Source: Clostridiales bacterium (lineage in GTDB: Bacteria > Bacillota > Clostridia > Peptostreptococcales > Anaerovoracaceae). From it: a stretch of 27,294 bases of DNA. The stretch covers positions 1 to 27,294 of the forward strand of contig JAAYYX010000185.1 of NCBI GenBank assembly GCA_012515135.1, written 5' to 3'. The notes under the pieces were generated by a model. It was not told where the DNA came from and did not search any database. It saw nothing but the letters and a program-made list of their open reading frames with translations. Positions 7,800-16,733 of this stretch are shown in pieces; position 1 is the stretch's first letter, and every line of letters begins with the position of its first letter. Position numbers and translations under genes: made by a program.

Positions 7800-10700
7800 G
7801 CGTATCGAAATGCAGGGATTCAAGTCATTTGCAGAACCTGTTACTATCGAGTTTGATAAAGGCATAACATGTGTAGTGGGCCCCAACGGAAGCGGGAAAA
7901 GCAATATAAGCGACGCGATAAGATGGGTACTTGGAGAACAGAGCCCCAAAATGTTAAGGGGCGGCAAAATGGAGGATATCATATTTGCAGGAACATCCAG
8001 CAGAAAATCGAGAGGTATGGCAGAAGTCACTCTTGTAATAGATAATTCAACGGGCATACTGCCCATAGATTACAATGAGGTCGCCATAACAAGAAGGATG
8101 TATCGCTCGGGAGAAAGCGAGTACGCAATAAACAATAACCAGTGCAGGATGAGGGACATAAGGGAGCTCCTTATGGATACCGGCATAGGTGTTGATGGAT
8201 ATTCACTTATAGGCCAGGGGCAGATAGCTGATATAATAAGCAACAAGTCAGACAGCATCCGTGATATTTTTGAAGAAACTGCCGGTATAGTAAGCTACAG
8301 AACAAAAAAAGCGGAAGCCGAAAGAAAACTTTCATCAACAAACTCAAACATGGAAAGGGTCAATGACATAATAAGGGAGATAGAGGGAAGGATAGGCGGA
8401 CTGAAGGATGACAGCGAGAAGGCTGCATTATATCTTGAACTCAGAGACAGATATAAAGAACTTGAAATAAATATAACACTTAAGAATATAGAAAACATCG
8501 AAAGAAAAAACCGGGAATTCAAGGATGATGCCGGAACCCTCCAAAATGAGATTGAAGAAATCAGAACCTCCGCAGACGAGATAGAAAAAAATCTGGGGAA
8601 AGACAGAGAAAAAAACGAAGAGCTGGAAAAACAGTGTAATGAAAGAAGAGCCAGGCTCCTTGATATAATAGAAGAAATAAATTCGCTGGTGAACAGAAGT
8701 GAAGTAAACGGTGAAAGGCTTGCTTCCATAGAGAAGAACAACAGAAGGCTTCTTATGGAAATAGCCGCATTAGAAGAAAAGCTCAGCAAAGAAAAAAAAG
8801 ATTCAAAGGAACAGTTTGAAAGCAAAGAACGCATTGAAAGAGAGCTTGCCCTGCTTTCCGATGCCCTGGAAGAGAAGATAGCAGATCATGCCGGGATATA
8901 TGAAGCATTAAATAAAAAAACAGAGGAAACAGAGCAACTGAAGGAAAGACTTTTCAGACTTCACGGGGATATAAGCTCAAAAAAAGCGGAAATGAAGAGC
9001 CTTCAGAATCTGAAAGACACATTGAAGAACCGCCGCGTGGAAGTGCTTGAACAAAAAGAAAACGGAGAGAGCCACAGCATAAGTGCAACCTCTGCCCTAA
9101 AAGATGCAAAGGCCAAAAGAGATTCATTAAGCTCTGAAATGGACAGAATAAGAGAAGATATCGAAAAAACAAGAAAGAGCTACAATGATATCATCCAAAA
9201 CGAAAGGTCTCTTGCAGGGAAACTTGAAGAACTGAAAATAGAAATAAGCAGGCTTTCCTCCAGAAAAAAGACAATAGAAGAAATGGAAAGCAATTATGAG
9301 GGTTACAACAATGCAGTGAAGTTCATAATGAGATCAGAAACAGGAGGGATACACGGTGTTGTTGCGGAGCTTATAAATGTACCCGAAGGATATGAAGTGG
9401 CAATGGAGACAGCTCTTGGAGCAGCCCTTCAGAACATAATATGCGAGAATGACATAGCAGCAAGGGAAGCAATAAATCAGCTGAAACACAATAAAGCAGG
9501 CAGACTTACTTTTCTTCCCATGAACTCCATAAGGCCCGGAAGAAAAGAAAACCGGGATGATCTGATAAAAATGCCCGGTTTTATGGGTTATGCAGTAGAC
9601 CGGATCGGCTTTGATCAAAAATACAAAAGTGTGATGGACTACCTGCTGGGCAGAGTCGTAATAGCAGATAATATGGACAATGCTATACTTATGTCAAAAA
9701 AGACGGGCGGCGGCTTAAGGTATGTGACCCTTGAAGGAGAAATAATAAATTCAGGAGGGGCAATAACAGGAGGCAGATACAAAAACAAAACAGCAAATCT
9801 ATTGGAAAGAAAAGCGGAAATCTTCAAAATGGAAACACGCCTTAAGGAAATGAGTTCCGAAAAACAAAAACTTGAAGAGGACCAGTCGGCCATGCGCAGA
9901 GCTCTTGAAGAAAAACTGGTGGTGATAAAAGAGAATGAAGAGATTTTCAGAGAAAAAGAACGAGAATTTTTTGCCGGTGAAAATGAAGTAAAAGTAATGC
10001 AGACAGCCCTTGATGACTTTGAAAACAGCAGCGAAAAATGGCAGAGAGAGCTTGCAAATATAGACAGAGAACAGGCGCTTTCTGATGAGACAGTCAAAAA
10101 ACTGGATATAGAATCAAAAGAACTCGAAGGAGAAATCAAAAAAACAGAAAGAGAAATCGAAAATCTGTCGGAAATGATCGAGAAAGAAAAGCAAACGGCG
10201 GATGCCGCAGGAGAAGAAATAACCGGGGCAAAGATCGCACTTGGTGCCGCAGAAAGTGAAAAAACAAAAATCGATGCCATTGTGAACAGAATAAATGAAA
10301 CTATAAATGAGGCAGAAAAAGAAAAAGAGATAAAGACCGGCGAACTGGAACAGCTGAAAAAAGAAAGGGAAAGTATTCTTTCGGGAGTCAGCAGCAATGA
10401 AGGTCTGGTACATGATAAAGAAGAAGAAAAAGAACGTTTAAGCAAAGAGATTGAAGAAATGGACGCTGAAAAAAGCAGCACGGGCAAAAGGATGGGTCTG
10501 GCTTCTCAAGAAAGAGAAGAACTGCTCAAAAAAATAACAGCATTGCAGGACAATAAGTATGAAGCCGAGATAAGGATAGCAAGACAGGAAACCCAGCTGG
10601 AAAACTATAAGGAGAAACTTTGGGAGGAATTCGAGACATCCTACATTCAGGCCATAGAGTTCAAGAAACAGGATTTTATAATGGCTCCTGCAGTAAAAGA

Positions 10701-11337
10701 AAACAGAGAAATAAAAACAAAGATCAAAGAACTGGGAGAAGTGAATGTTGGAGCGATAAAGGAGTACAAAACAGTAAAAGAAAGATATGATTTTCTTAAC
10801 GGACAGAAAAACGATATTGAGACATCCATGAATGAACTCCTAAAGATCATAGAAGACATGGACAAAATAATAAAGGCAAGATTCAAAGAGAGTTTCGATC
10901 GGATAGCTGAAAACTTTGAACTTGTTTTCAAAGAATTTTTCGGTGGAGGGACGGCTAATATAAGGCTTGATAACGAAGAAGATCCCTTGAATGCCGTAAT
11001 AGAAATAACGGCACAGCCGCCGGGCAAACAGCTGAGACATATAAATCTTCTTTCGGGAGGAGAAAAAACAATGACTGCAATAGCGCTTATGTTTGCCGTC
11101 TTGAAGACAAAACCGACACCCTGCTGCATACTTGACGAGGTGGAAGCTGCCCTTGATGACAGTAACATAGATATATTTGCAAATTATCTCAAGAATTTTG
11201 ATGACATACAGTTTACCCTTATAACTCATCAGAAAGCGACCATGGAACATGCAGATGTGATGTACGGAGTAACAATGCCTGAAAGGGGCATATCAAAGAT
11301 ATATTCTCTTTCCCTTGGGGAAGAACCTCTTATGTAA
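7789..11337 (+). CDS. smc: Chromosome partition protein Smc (1182 aa)
   Basis: Walker A GPNGSGKSN, long coiled coils, hinge (GGAITGG), signature LSGGEK, Walker B/D-loop ILDEVEAALD. Confidence 0.98.
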   Translation: MYFKRIEMQGFKSFAEPVTIEFDKGITCVVGPNGSGKSNISDAIRWVLGEQSPKMLRGGKMEDIIFAGTSSRKSRGMAEVTLVIDNSTGILPIDYNEVAITRRMYRSGESEYAINNNQCRMRDIRELLMDTGIGVDGYSLIGQGQIADIISNKSDSIRDIFEETAGIVSYRTKKAEAERKLSSTNSNMERVNDIIREIEGRIGGLKDDSEKAALYLELRDRYKELEINITLKNIENIERKNREFKDDAGTLQNEIEEIRTSADEIEKNLGKDREKNEELEKQCNERRARLLDIIEEINSLVNRSEVNGERLASIEKNNRRLLMEIAALEEKLSKEKKDSKEQFESKERIERELALLSDALEEKIADHAGIYEALNKKTEETEQLKERLFRLHGDISSKKAEMKSLQNLKDTLKNRRVEVLEQKENGESHSISATSALKDAKAKRDSLSSEMDRIREDIEKTRKSYNDIIQNERSLAGKLEELKIEISRLSSRKKTIEEMESNYEGYNNAVKFIMRSETGGIHGVVAELINVPEGYEVAMETALGAALQNIICENDIAAREAINQLKHNKAGRLTFLPMNSIRPGRKENRDDLIKMPGFMGYAVDRIGFDQKYKSVMDYLLGRVVIADNMDNAILMSKKTGGGLRYVTLEGEIINSGGAITGGRYKNKTANLLERKAEIFKMETRLKEMSSEKQKLEEDQSAMRRALEEKLVVIKENEEIFREKEREFFAGENEVKVMQTALDDFENSSEKWQRELANIDREQALSDETVKKLDIESKELEGEIKKTEREIENLSEMIEKEKQTADAAGEEITGAKIALGAAESEKTKIDAIVNRINETINEAEKEKEIKTGELEQLKKERESILSGVSSNEGLVHDKEEEKERLSKEIEEMDAEKSSTGKRMGLASQEREELLKKITALQDNKYEAEIRIARQETQLENYKEKLWEEFETSYIQAIEFKKQDFIMAPAVKENREIKTKIKELGEVNVGAIKEYKTVKERYDFLNGQKNDIETSMNELLKIIEDMDKIIKARFKESFDRIAENFELVFKEFFGGGTANIRLDNEEDPLNAVIEITAQPPGKQLRHINLLSGGEKTMTAIALMFAVLKTKPTPCCILDEVEAALDDSNIDIFANYLKNFDDIQFTLITHQKATMEHADVMYGVTMPERGISKIYSLSLGEEPLM

Positions 11338-11379
11338 AACTGCCGGGGCAATAAACGGCAGCCAAAAAAAGGAAGAAAA

Positions 11380-12279
11380 ATGACTCTTGAAAAACAAGAA
11401 AAAAGTTTTTTCGGCAGAATGTCAAGGAGACTTTCCGATGCAATAATGGCAAGACCTTCAATTGATGATGAATTGCTGGAAGATATAGAAGAGATCCTGA
11501 TAACATCCGACATAGGTATGGAAACAACGGAAAAAATAATAGATGCCTTAAGGGAAGATGTAAGAAAGGATCGCCTTGATACGCCGGAAAAAGTAAGAGG
11601 CCGTTTAAAAGAAATAATGATCTCTCTGGTGGATAAAGGGGAGAGACATGAGCTCTCAGATGAGTATCCAATGATCATACTTATGATAGGCATAAACGGA
11701 GGCGGGAAAACTACCACCATAGGGAAGCTGACATACAAGCTCAACAATAAGGGCAAAACAGTCATGCTGGCGGCGGCAGACACCTTCAGAGCCGCTGCGG
11801 GAGAGCAACTTTCCATATGGGCCCGGAAGGCGGGAGTCAACGTGGTGATCCACAGAGAAGGAGCAGACCCTTCCGCTGTTATATTCGATGCCATAATATC
11901 GGCAAAAGCAAAGGGAATAGATGTCCTTATCTGTGATACGGCCGGCCGGCTGCAAAACAAAAAGAACCTTATGGCAGAACTTTCAAAAATGAACAAAGTA
12001 ATAGAAAGAGAATTTCCTGAAGCATCCAGAGAGACCCTGCTGGTACTTGATGCCACCACAGGCAAAAATGCCGTTTCCCAGGCCAGAGAGTTCAGCAGCA
12101 TAACAGATGTAACGGGGATAATAATAACAAAACTTGACGGAACCGCAAAAGGCGGAATTGCTTTGACAATAGCCGACGAATTCGATATGCCCATAAAATT
12201 CGTCGGTACAGGAGAAAGCATAGAAGACCTTCAGAAATTTGTTGCCCAAGAGTTTATAGGGGGTATATTTGATGAGTAA
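11380..12279 (+). CDS. ftsY: Signal recognition particle receptor FtsY (NG domain only, 299 aa)
   Basis: GINGGGKTTT, AADTFRAAA, DTAGR and TKLDGTAKGG motifs; follows smc as in many Firmicutes. Confidence 0.96.
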   Translation: MTLEKQEKSFFGRMSRRLSDAIMARPSIDDELLEDIEEILITSDIGMETTEKIIDALREDVRKDRLDTPEKVRGRLKEIMISLVDKGERHELSDEYPMIILMIGINGGGKTTTIGKLTYKLNNKGKTVMLAAADTFRAAAGEQLSIWARKAGVNVVIHREGADPSAVIFDAIISAKAKGIDVLICDTAGRLQNKKNLMAELSKMNKVIEREFPEASRETLLVLDATTGKNAVSQAREFSSITDVTGIIITKLDGTAKGGIALTIADEFDMPIKFVGTGESIEDLQKFVAQEFIGGIFDE

Positions 12280-13597
12280 GCCCCTGGTTGCCGTTGTCGG
12301 AAGGCCCAATGTGGGAAAATCCACTTTTTTCAATAAAGTGGTGGGACGCAGAGTCTCCATAGTAGAAGACACACCGGGCGTAACAAGAGACAGGATATAC
12401 GCCGAAGCCGAATGGAGAAACATAGCATTTGGGATAATAGATACGGGAGGCATCGATGCGGGAAGCGAAGAGGTGATACCCGCCAGTATGAGGGAACAGG
12501 CGGAGATAGCAATGGATACTTCTGATGTCATCCTTTTTATGACCGACGGAAGAGAAGGACTTACAGCCGATGACAGGGATGTGGCTCAGATGCTCAGAAT
12601 GACAGGCAAAAAAGTCGTTCTTGTGGTCAATAAGATAGATACTGCCAGGATACCTGCTGACTTTTATGACTTTTATGAACTGGGGCTTGGAGAACCGATA
12701 GCCATATCTGCAGAAAACATGCTGGGCATAGGAGATCTGCTTGACATAGTCATCGAGAATTTCCCCGAAGGAACAGATCAGCAGGAAGAAGATCTGATAA
12801 GGATCGCAGTGACCGGCAAACCCAATGTGGGCAAATCTTCGCTGATAAATGAGATACTGGGGGAAAACAGAGTTATAGTATCTCCTGTTGCCGGTACCAC
12901 AAGAGATTCTATCGATACCCCATTTGAAAAGGACGGAGATAAGTATCTTTTAATAGATACGGCGGGAATAAGACGCCGAAGTAAAGTAAACGAGAATATA
13001 GAAAGATACAGTGTAATAAGAGCGGTGGCGTCAGTAGAAAGATGTGATGTCTGCCTGGTGATGATAGATGCACAGGACGGAGTAACAGAACAGGATAAAA
13101 AAATTGCCGGACTTGCCCATGAAGCGGGAAAAGGCATAGTGATCATAGTAAACAAATGGGATATGATAAACAAAGAAACAGGGACCATGAAAGAATTCCA
13201 GAAACAAATAAACAGAGAAATGGCTTTTCTTTCCTATGCACCTTCAGTGTTCATTTCCGTCAAAGAGAAGCAGCGAGTAGACCGGGTAATAGCCTTTGCC
13301 AAAAGCGTTGCCGAGAGCAGGGCAATGAGGGTCCCCACGGGACAGCTCAACAGTTTGATCGCAGATGCAGTGATGATGAAGCAGCCTCCTGCTGACAAAG
13401 GCAAAAGACTTAAGATATATTATGCAACTCAGGTAGGGATAAAGCCTCCGCTTTTTTCCTTCCAGGTAAACTCCAGGGCTCTTATGCATTTTTCTTATTC
13501 CAGATACCTGGAGAACAGGATAAGGGATGTTTACGGATTCAGCGGAACATCTATCAAATTTGTTTTCAGAGAGAAGGGTGAAAAAGATAATGTATGA
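12272..13597 (+). CDS. der: Ribosome biogenesis GTPase Der (EngA), 441 aa
   Basis: Two GTPase domains (GRPNVGKST/DTGG/NKID and GKPNVGKSS/DTAG/NKWD) plus KH-like tail; ATG 12272 chosen over TTG 12269. Confidence 0.97.
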   Translation: MSKPLVAVVGRPNVGKSTFFNKVVGRRVSIVEDTPGVTRDRIYAEAEWRNIAFGIIDTGGIDAGSEEVIPASMREQAEIAMDTSDVILFMTDGREGLTADDRDVAQMLRMTGKKVVLVVNKIDTARIPADFYDFYELGLGEPIAISAENMLGIGDLLDIVIENFPEGTDQQEEDLIRIAVTGKPNVGKSSLINEILGENRVIVSPVAGTTRDSIDTPFEKDGDKYLLIDTAGIRRRSKVNENIERYSVIRAVASVERCDVCLVMIDAQDGVTEQDKKIAGLAHEAGKGIVIIVNKWDMINKETGTMKEFQKQINREMAFLSYAPSVFISVKEKQRVDRVIAFAKSVAESRAMRVPTGQLNSLIADAVMMKQPPADKGKRLKIYYATQVGIKPPLFSFQVNSRALMHFSYSRYLENRIRDVYGFSGTSIKFVFREKGEKDNV

Positions 13598-14222
13598 ATT
13601 TTTTACCGGATATGAGACAGATGACATAAGAATCAAAGTAATCACTGTCATTACCATGGTACTGGCCTATTTTATGGGAAATATTTCTCCTGCCACCATT
13701 ATAGGAAGGATCATGGGGATAGATATAAAAAAAGAAGGCAGCGGAAATGCGGGCACCACAAATGTATTGAGGGTCCTTGGAGCAAAGGCTGCCGTGCTTA
13801 CACTGGCGGTGGATGTCCTTAAGGGAGTGGCTGCAGTACTGATAGGTTATTATGCTGTGGGGATCCCCGCAGCAATGCTTTGTGCCCCTTCCGTGACAGC
13901 AGGGCATATATGGCCCGTTTTGCTTAGATTCAAAGGCGGAAAGGGTGTTGCTACTATTTTTGGGGCACTTACTGCCCTTGAACCGCTAATGGGGCTTACT
14001 GCTCTTGCCCTTGTGGCAGCGGCAGCGTTCATATCAAGAAGAGCATCGGTGGGTTCCATAGTAGGGGCAGTGGCTCTGCCCTTTATAGCATGGTTCTTTA
14101 TGCCGAAATTAATAGTTATTGCATGTTTACTTGGAGCGCTTGTATTGTTTTCACACAGAAGCAACATAATAAGACTGGTAAAAGGCGAAGAACCAAGGAT
14201 AAATTTTGGAGGGAAATCATGA
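13590..14222 (+). CDS. plsY: Glycerol-3-phosphate acyltransferase PlsY (210 aa)
   Basis: GSGNAGTTNVLR, DVLKG, GHIWP..FKGGKGVAT and HRSNIIRL motifs; hydrophobic. Start ATG 13590 inferred from der overlap. Confidence 0.94.
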   Translation: MYEFFTGYETDDIRIKVITVITMVLAYFMGNISPATIIGRIMGIDIKKEGSGNAGTTNVLRVLGAKAAVLTLAVDVLKGVAAVLIGYYAVGIPAAMLCAPSVTAGHIWPVLLRFKGGKGVATIFGALTALEPLMGLTALALVAAAAFISRRASVGSIVGAVALPFIAWFFMPKLIVIACLLGALVLFSHRSNIIRLVKGEEPRINFGGKS

Positions 14223-15214
14223 AAAAAATAGGAGTTATAGGTGCGGGAAGCTGGGGCACAGCTCTGGCTATAACCCTTGGAAGCAAGGGACATGAAGTGA
14301 AGATATGGGATCTTGATTCCGTGCATCTTGAAGAATGCAAAAAGAACAGGGAAAATGCAAGATATCTTCCGGGAATAAAGTTCAATGATAATCTTCAAAT
14401 GGCTGATACTGCAGAAGAGGCAATAAGCGGAGCTGATATAGTTTTGTTTTCTGCGCCGGCGCAGCATTTCAGAAGTGCGTTCAAAGGCGCAATGCCATAT
14501 ATAACTGAAGATATGGTCATAGTCAATGTGGCAAAGGGCATAGAACAGAAAACTCTCTGCAGGATGTCTGAAGTGGCGGAAGAACTTATGCCGCAGGTAA
14601 AATATGTGGTTTTATCCGGGCCTTCCCATGCGGAAGAAGTGGGAAAACTTTTACCGACCACAGTTTCTGTGGCTTCAAGAGACAGGAAGCTGGCTGAATA
14701 CATACAGGACATTTTTATTACAGACAGATTCAGAGTATATACAAATGATGATGTGGTGGGAGTGGAGCTTGGAGGCTCCCTAAAAAACATCATAGCTTTA
14801 GGTGCCGGTATATCCGACGGGGTAGGATTCGGTGACAATGCCAAGGCGGCGCTTATGACAAGGGGCATGGCGGAGATATCCAGACTGGGCATAGCTTTGG
14901 GTGCGGAAAAAGAAACATTCCTGGGCCTTGCCGGAGTGGGAGATCTTATTGTTACCTGCACAAGTATGCATTCGAGAAACAGAAGATGCGGAATAATGAT
15001 AGGAGAAGGGATGAAGCCTGAAGAGGCCACAAAAAAAGTCGGCATGGTCGTGGAGGGAATGTTCACCACAGAAGCGGCATATGAACTGGCAAAAAAAGCA
15101 GAAATTGAAATGCCCATAACAGAAGGCATATACAGAATAATAAAAGGAGAGATCAGTGCAAAGGAAGCTGCAGAGGAGCTGATGGGACGAGACAGAAGAC
15201 ATGAAAAAGAATAG
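14219..15214 (+). CDS. gpsA: NAD(P)H-dependent glycerol-3-phosphate dehydrogenase (331 aa)
   Basis: GAGSWGTALA, GPSHAEEV, LKNIIALGAG and GDLIVTCTSMHSRN motifs; ATGA overlap with plsY, RBS GGAGG. Confidence 0.97.
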   Translation: MKKIGVIGAGSWGTALAITLGSKGHEVKIWDLDSVHLEECKKNRENARYLPGIKFNDNLQMADTAEEAISGADIVLFSAPAQHFRSAFKGAMPYITEDMVIVNVAKGIEQKTLCRMSEVAEELMPQVKYVVLSGPSHAEEVGKLLPTTVSVASRDRKLAEYIQDIFITDRFRVYTNDDVVGVELGGSLKNIIALGAGISDGVGFGDNAKAALMTRGMAEISRLGIALGAEKETFLGLAGVGDLIVTCTSMHSRNRRCGIMIGEGMKPEEATKKVGMVVEGMFTTEAAYELAKKAEIEMPITEGIYRIIKGEISAKEAAEELMGRDRRHEKE

Positions 15215-16622
15215 GAAATTCCATATACAGACCTTTGGCTGTCAGATGAATGAAAGAGATTCGGAAACGATAGCCGGGCTATTATCAAAAATGGGATATT
15301 CCGTTACCGCAGAACGAAAGGAAGCTGACGTTGCAGTGATAAACACCTGCAGCGTCAGAGAACATGCGGACAAACGGTTTTTCGGCACATTGGGACAGCT
15401 AAAAAAAATAAAAGAGGCTCGTCCCGATTTTGTTGTTTGTGTATGCGGATGCATGATGCAGCAGCGTCATATAACAGATGTCATAAAAACAAAGTACCCA
15501 TGGGTAGATGTCATATTCGGCACGCATAACATACATGAACTCCCCGTGCTCCTTGAAGAAGGCGAAAAAGAAAAAGAAAACAGAACTCTTTTCAAAAAAA
15601 ACGGGATCATGGAAAGGGGGAAAGGCCTTATATCAGTATGGGAAAATGGAGAAGACATCGTGGAGGATCTGCCGTCTTCACGACTTTACAGACACAAGGC
15701 ATTCGTGAACATAATTTACGGATGCAATAATTTCTGCACATATTGTATCGTGCCTTATACAAGAGGCAGAGAGAGGAGCAGAAAACCCGCAGATATTTTG
15801 AATGAAGTCAAAAAACTTGCCGCAGACGGGGTGAAAGAAATCACCCTTCTGGGGCAGAATGTAAATTCATATAAAGGCATAACAGGATCGGCAGATGTCT
15901 CACACGGAGAGACAAATAACGGTAAGAAACACACGGATTTTGCTGATCTCATATATATGCTGCAGGGAACAGAAGGCATAGAGCGGATAAGATTCATGAC
16001 ATCTCATCCAAAGGATCTTTCTGATAAACTGATAGATGCTTACAAGAATTGCAGCAAACTCTGCTCTGCCATACACCTTCCCATGCAGTCGGGAAGCAAC
16101 AGCATACTTGAAAGAATGAACAGGAAATATACAAAAGAACAGTATATGGATCTGGTGGCGAAGCTTCGTATTGCATCACCTGGAATATGCATAACAACTG
16201 ATATCATAGTGGGATTCCCGGGAGAAACAGAGCAGGATTTTCAGGACACTCTTGATGTGATAAAGAAGGTTTGTTTTGATTCTGCATTCACCTTCATATA
16301 TTCAGTGCGCAAAGGCACACCTGCCGAGAAATATGAGGACCAGATACCGGAAGACATAAAACATGAAAGATTCAGGCGTCTTGTTGCGGCGGTCAATGAA
16401 TGTTCCTCCATAAAAAATGCCGCATATGAAGGGCGAAAAGAAATGGTGCTGGTGGACGGTCCCGGCAAAAAAGATCCCGGGAAACTTGCAGGTCGTACAG
16501 AAGGCTACAAGCTTGTGGACTTTGAAGGGCCATTGTCTCTTCAGGGAGAATTTGTTTATGTTGATATAACAAAAAGCAATACTTTCAGTCTCACGGGAGA
16601 ACTGGATATTTCTCATGTATAA
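15201..16622 (+). CDS. miaB: tRNA 2-methylthio-N6-isopentenyladenosine methylthiotransferase MiaB
   Basis: TFGCQMNERDSE, NTCSVRE, radical-SAM CNNFCTYC, RFMTSHPKD, TTDIIVGFPGET and C-terminal TRAM domain. Confidence 0.95.
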   Translation: MKKNRKFHIQTFGCQMNERDSETIAGLLSKMGYSVTAERKEADVAVINTCSVREHADKRFFGTLGQLKKIKEARPDFVVCVCGCMMQQRHITDVIKTKYPWVDVIFGTHNIHELPVLLEEGEKEKENRTLFKKNGIMERGKGLISVWENGEDIVEDLPSSRLYRHKAFVNIIYGCNNFCTYCIVPYTRGRERSRKPADILNEVKKLAADGVKEITLLGQNVNSYKGITGSADVSHGETNNGKKHTDFADLIYMLQGTEGIERIRFMTSHPKDLSDKLIDAYKNCSKLCSAIHLPMQSGSNSILERMNRKYTKEQYMDLVAKLRIASPGICITTDIIVGFPGETEQDFQDTLDVIKKVCFDSAFTFIYSVRKGTPAEKYEDQIPEDIKHERFRRLVAAVNECSSIKNAAYEGRKEMVLVDGPGKKDPGKLAGRTEGYKLVDFEGPLSLQGEFVYVDITKSNTFSLTGELDISHV

Positions 16623-16658
16623 GACAATATTCAGAACACTCTTAAAACGCTAAAAGTA

Positions 16659-16687
16659 TTGTAATCAAGGGATTTTGCGTGTATAAT
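16659..16687 (+). promoter_or_regulatory. Sigma-A-type promoter of the ech operon
   Basis: TTGTAA (16659-16664) - 17 nt - TATAAT (16682-16687) in the miaB-echA gap; strong RBS TAAGGAGG follows. Confidence 0.7.
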
Positions 16688-16733
16688 ATTCATGGAATTT
16701 TTCTAGTAAATAATAATATTTAAGGAGGATTAA

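Noticed and set aside
8229-8237. Perfect extended -10 (TGATATAAT) inside smc
   Set aside because: No -35, and 3 kb from the next start codon; expected by chance in AT-rich DNA.
9639-10487. 282-aa Ser/Phe-rich minus-strand ORF
   Set aside because: Antisense image of the Glu/Lys-rich Smc coiled coil (GAA/AAA codons read as TTC/TTT/TCT).
11229-12221. 330-aa minus-strand ORF opposite ftsY
   Set aside because: Codon-register shadow of ftsY; no independent evidence. The same applies to the other minus-strand ORFs, including 14395-15288 and 20334-21095.
16642-16655. cre-like TTAAAACGCTAAAA upstream of the ech promoter
   Set aside because: Mismatches fall on the highly conserved G2 and C13 of the CcpA site.
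16707-16722. TAAATA-N4-TATTTA palindrome before the echA RBS
   Set aside because: A/T-only, low information, and does not fit the Rex half-site.
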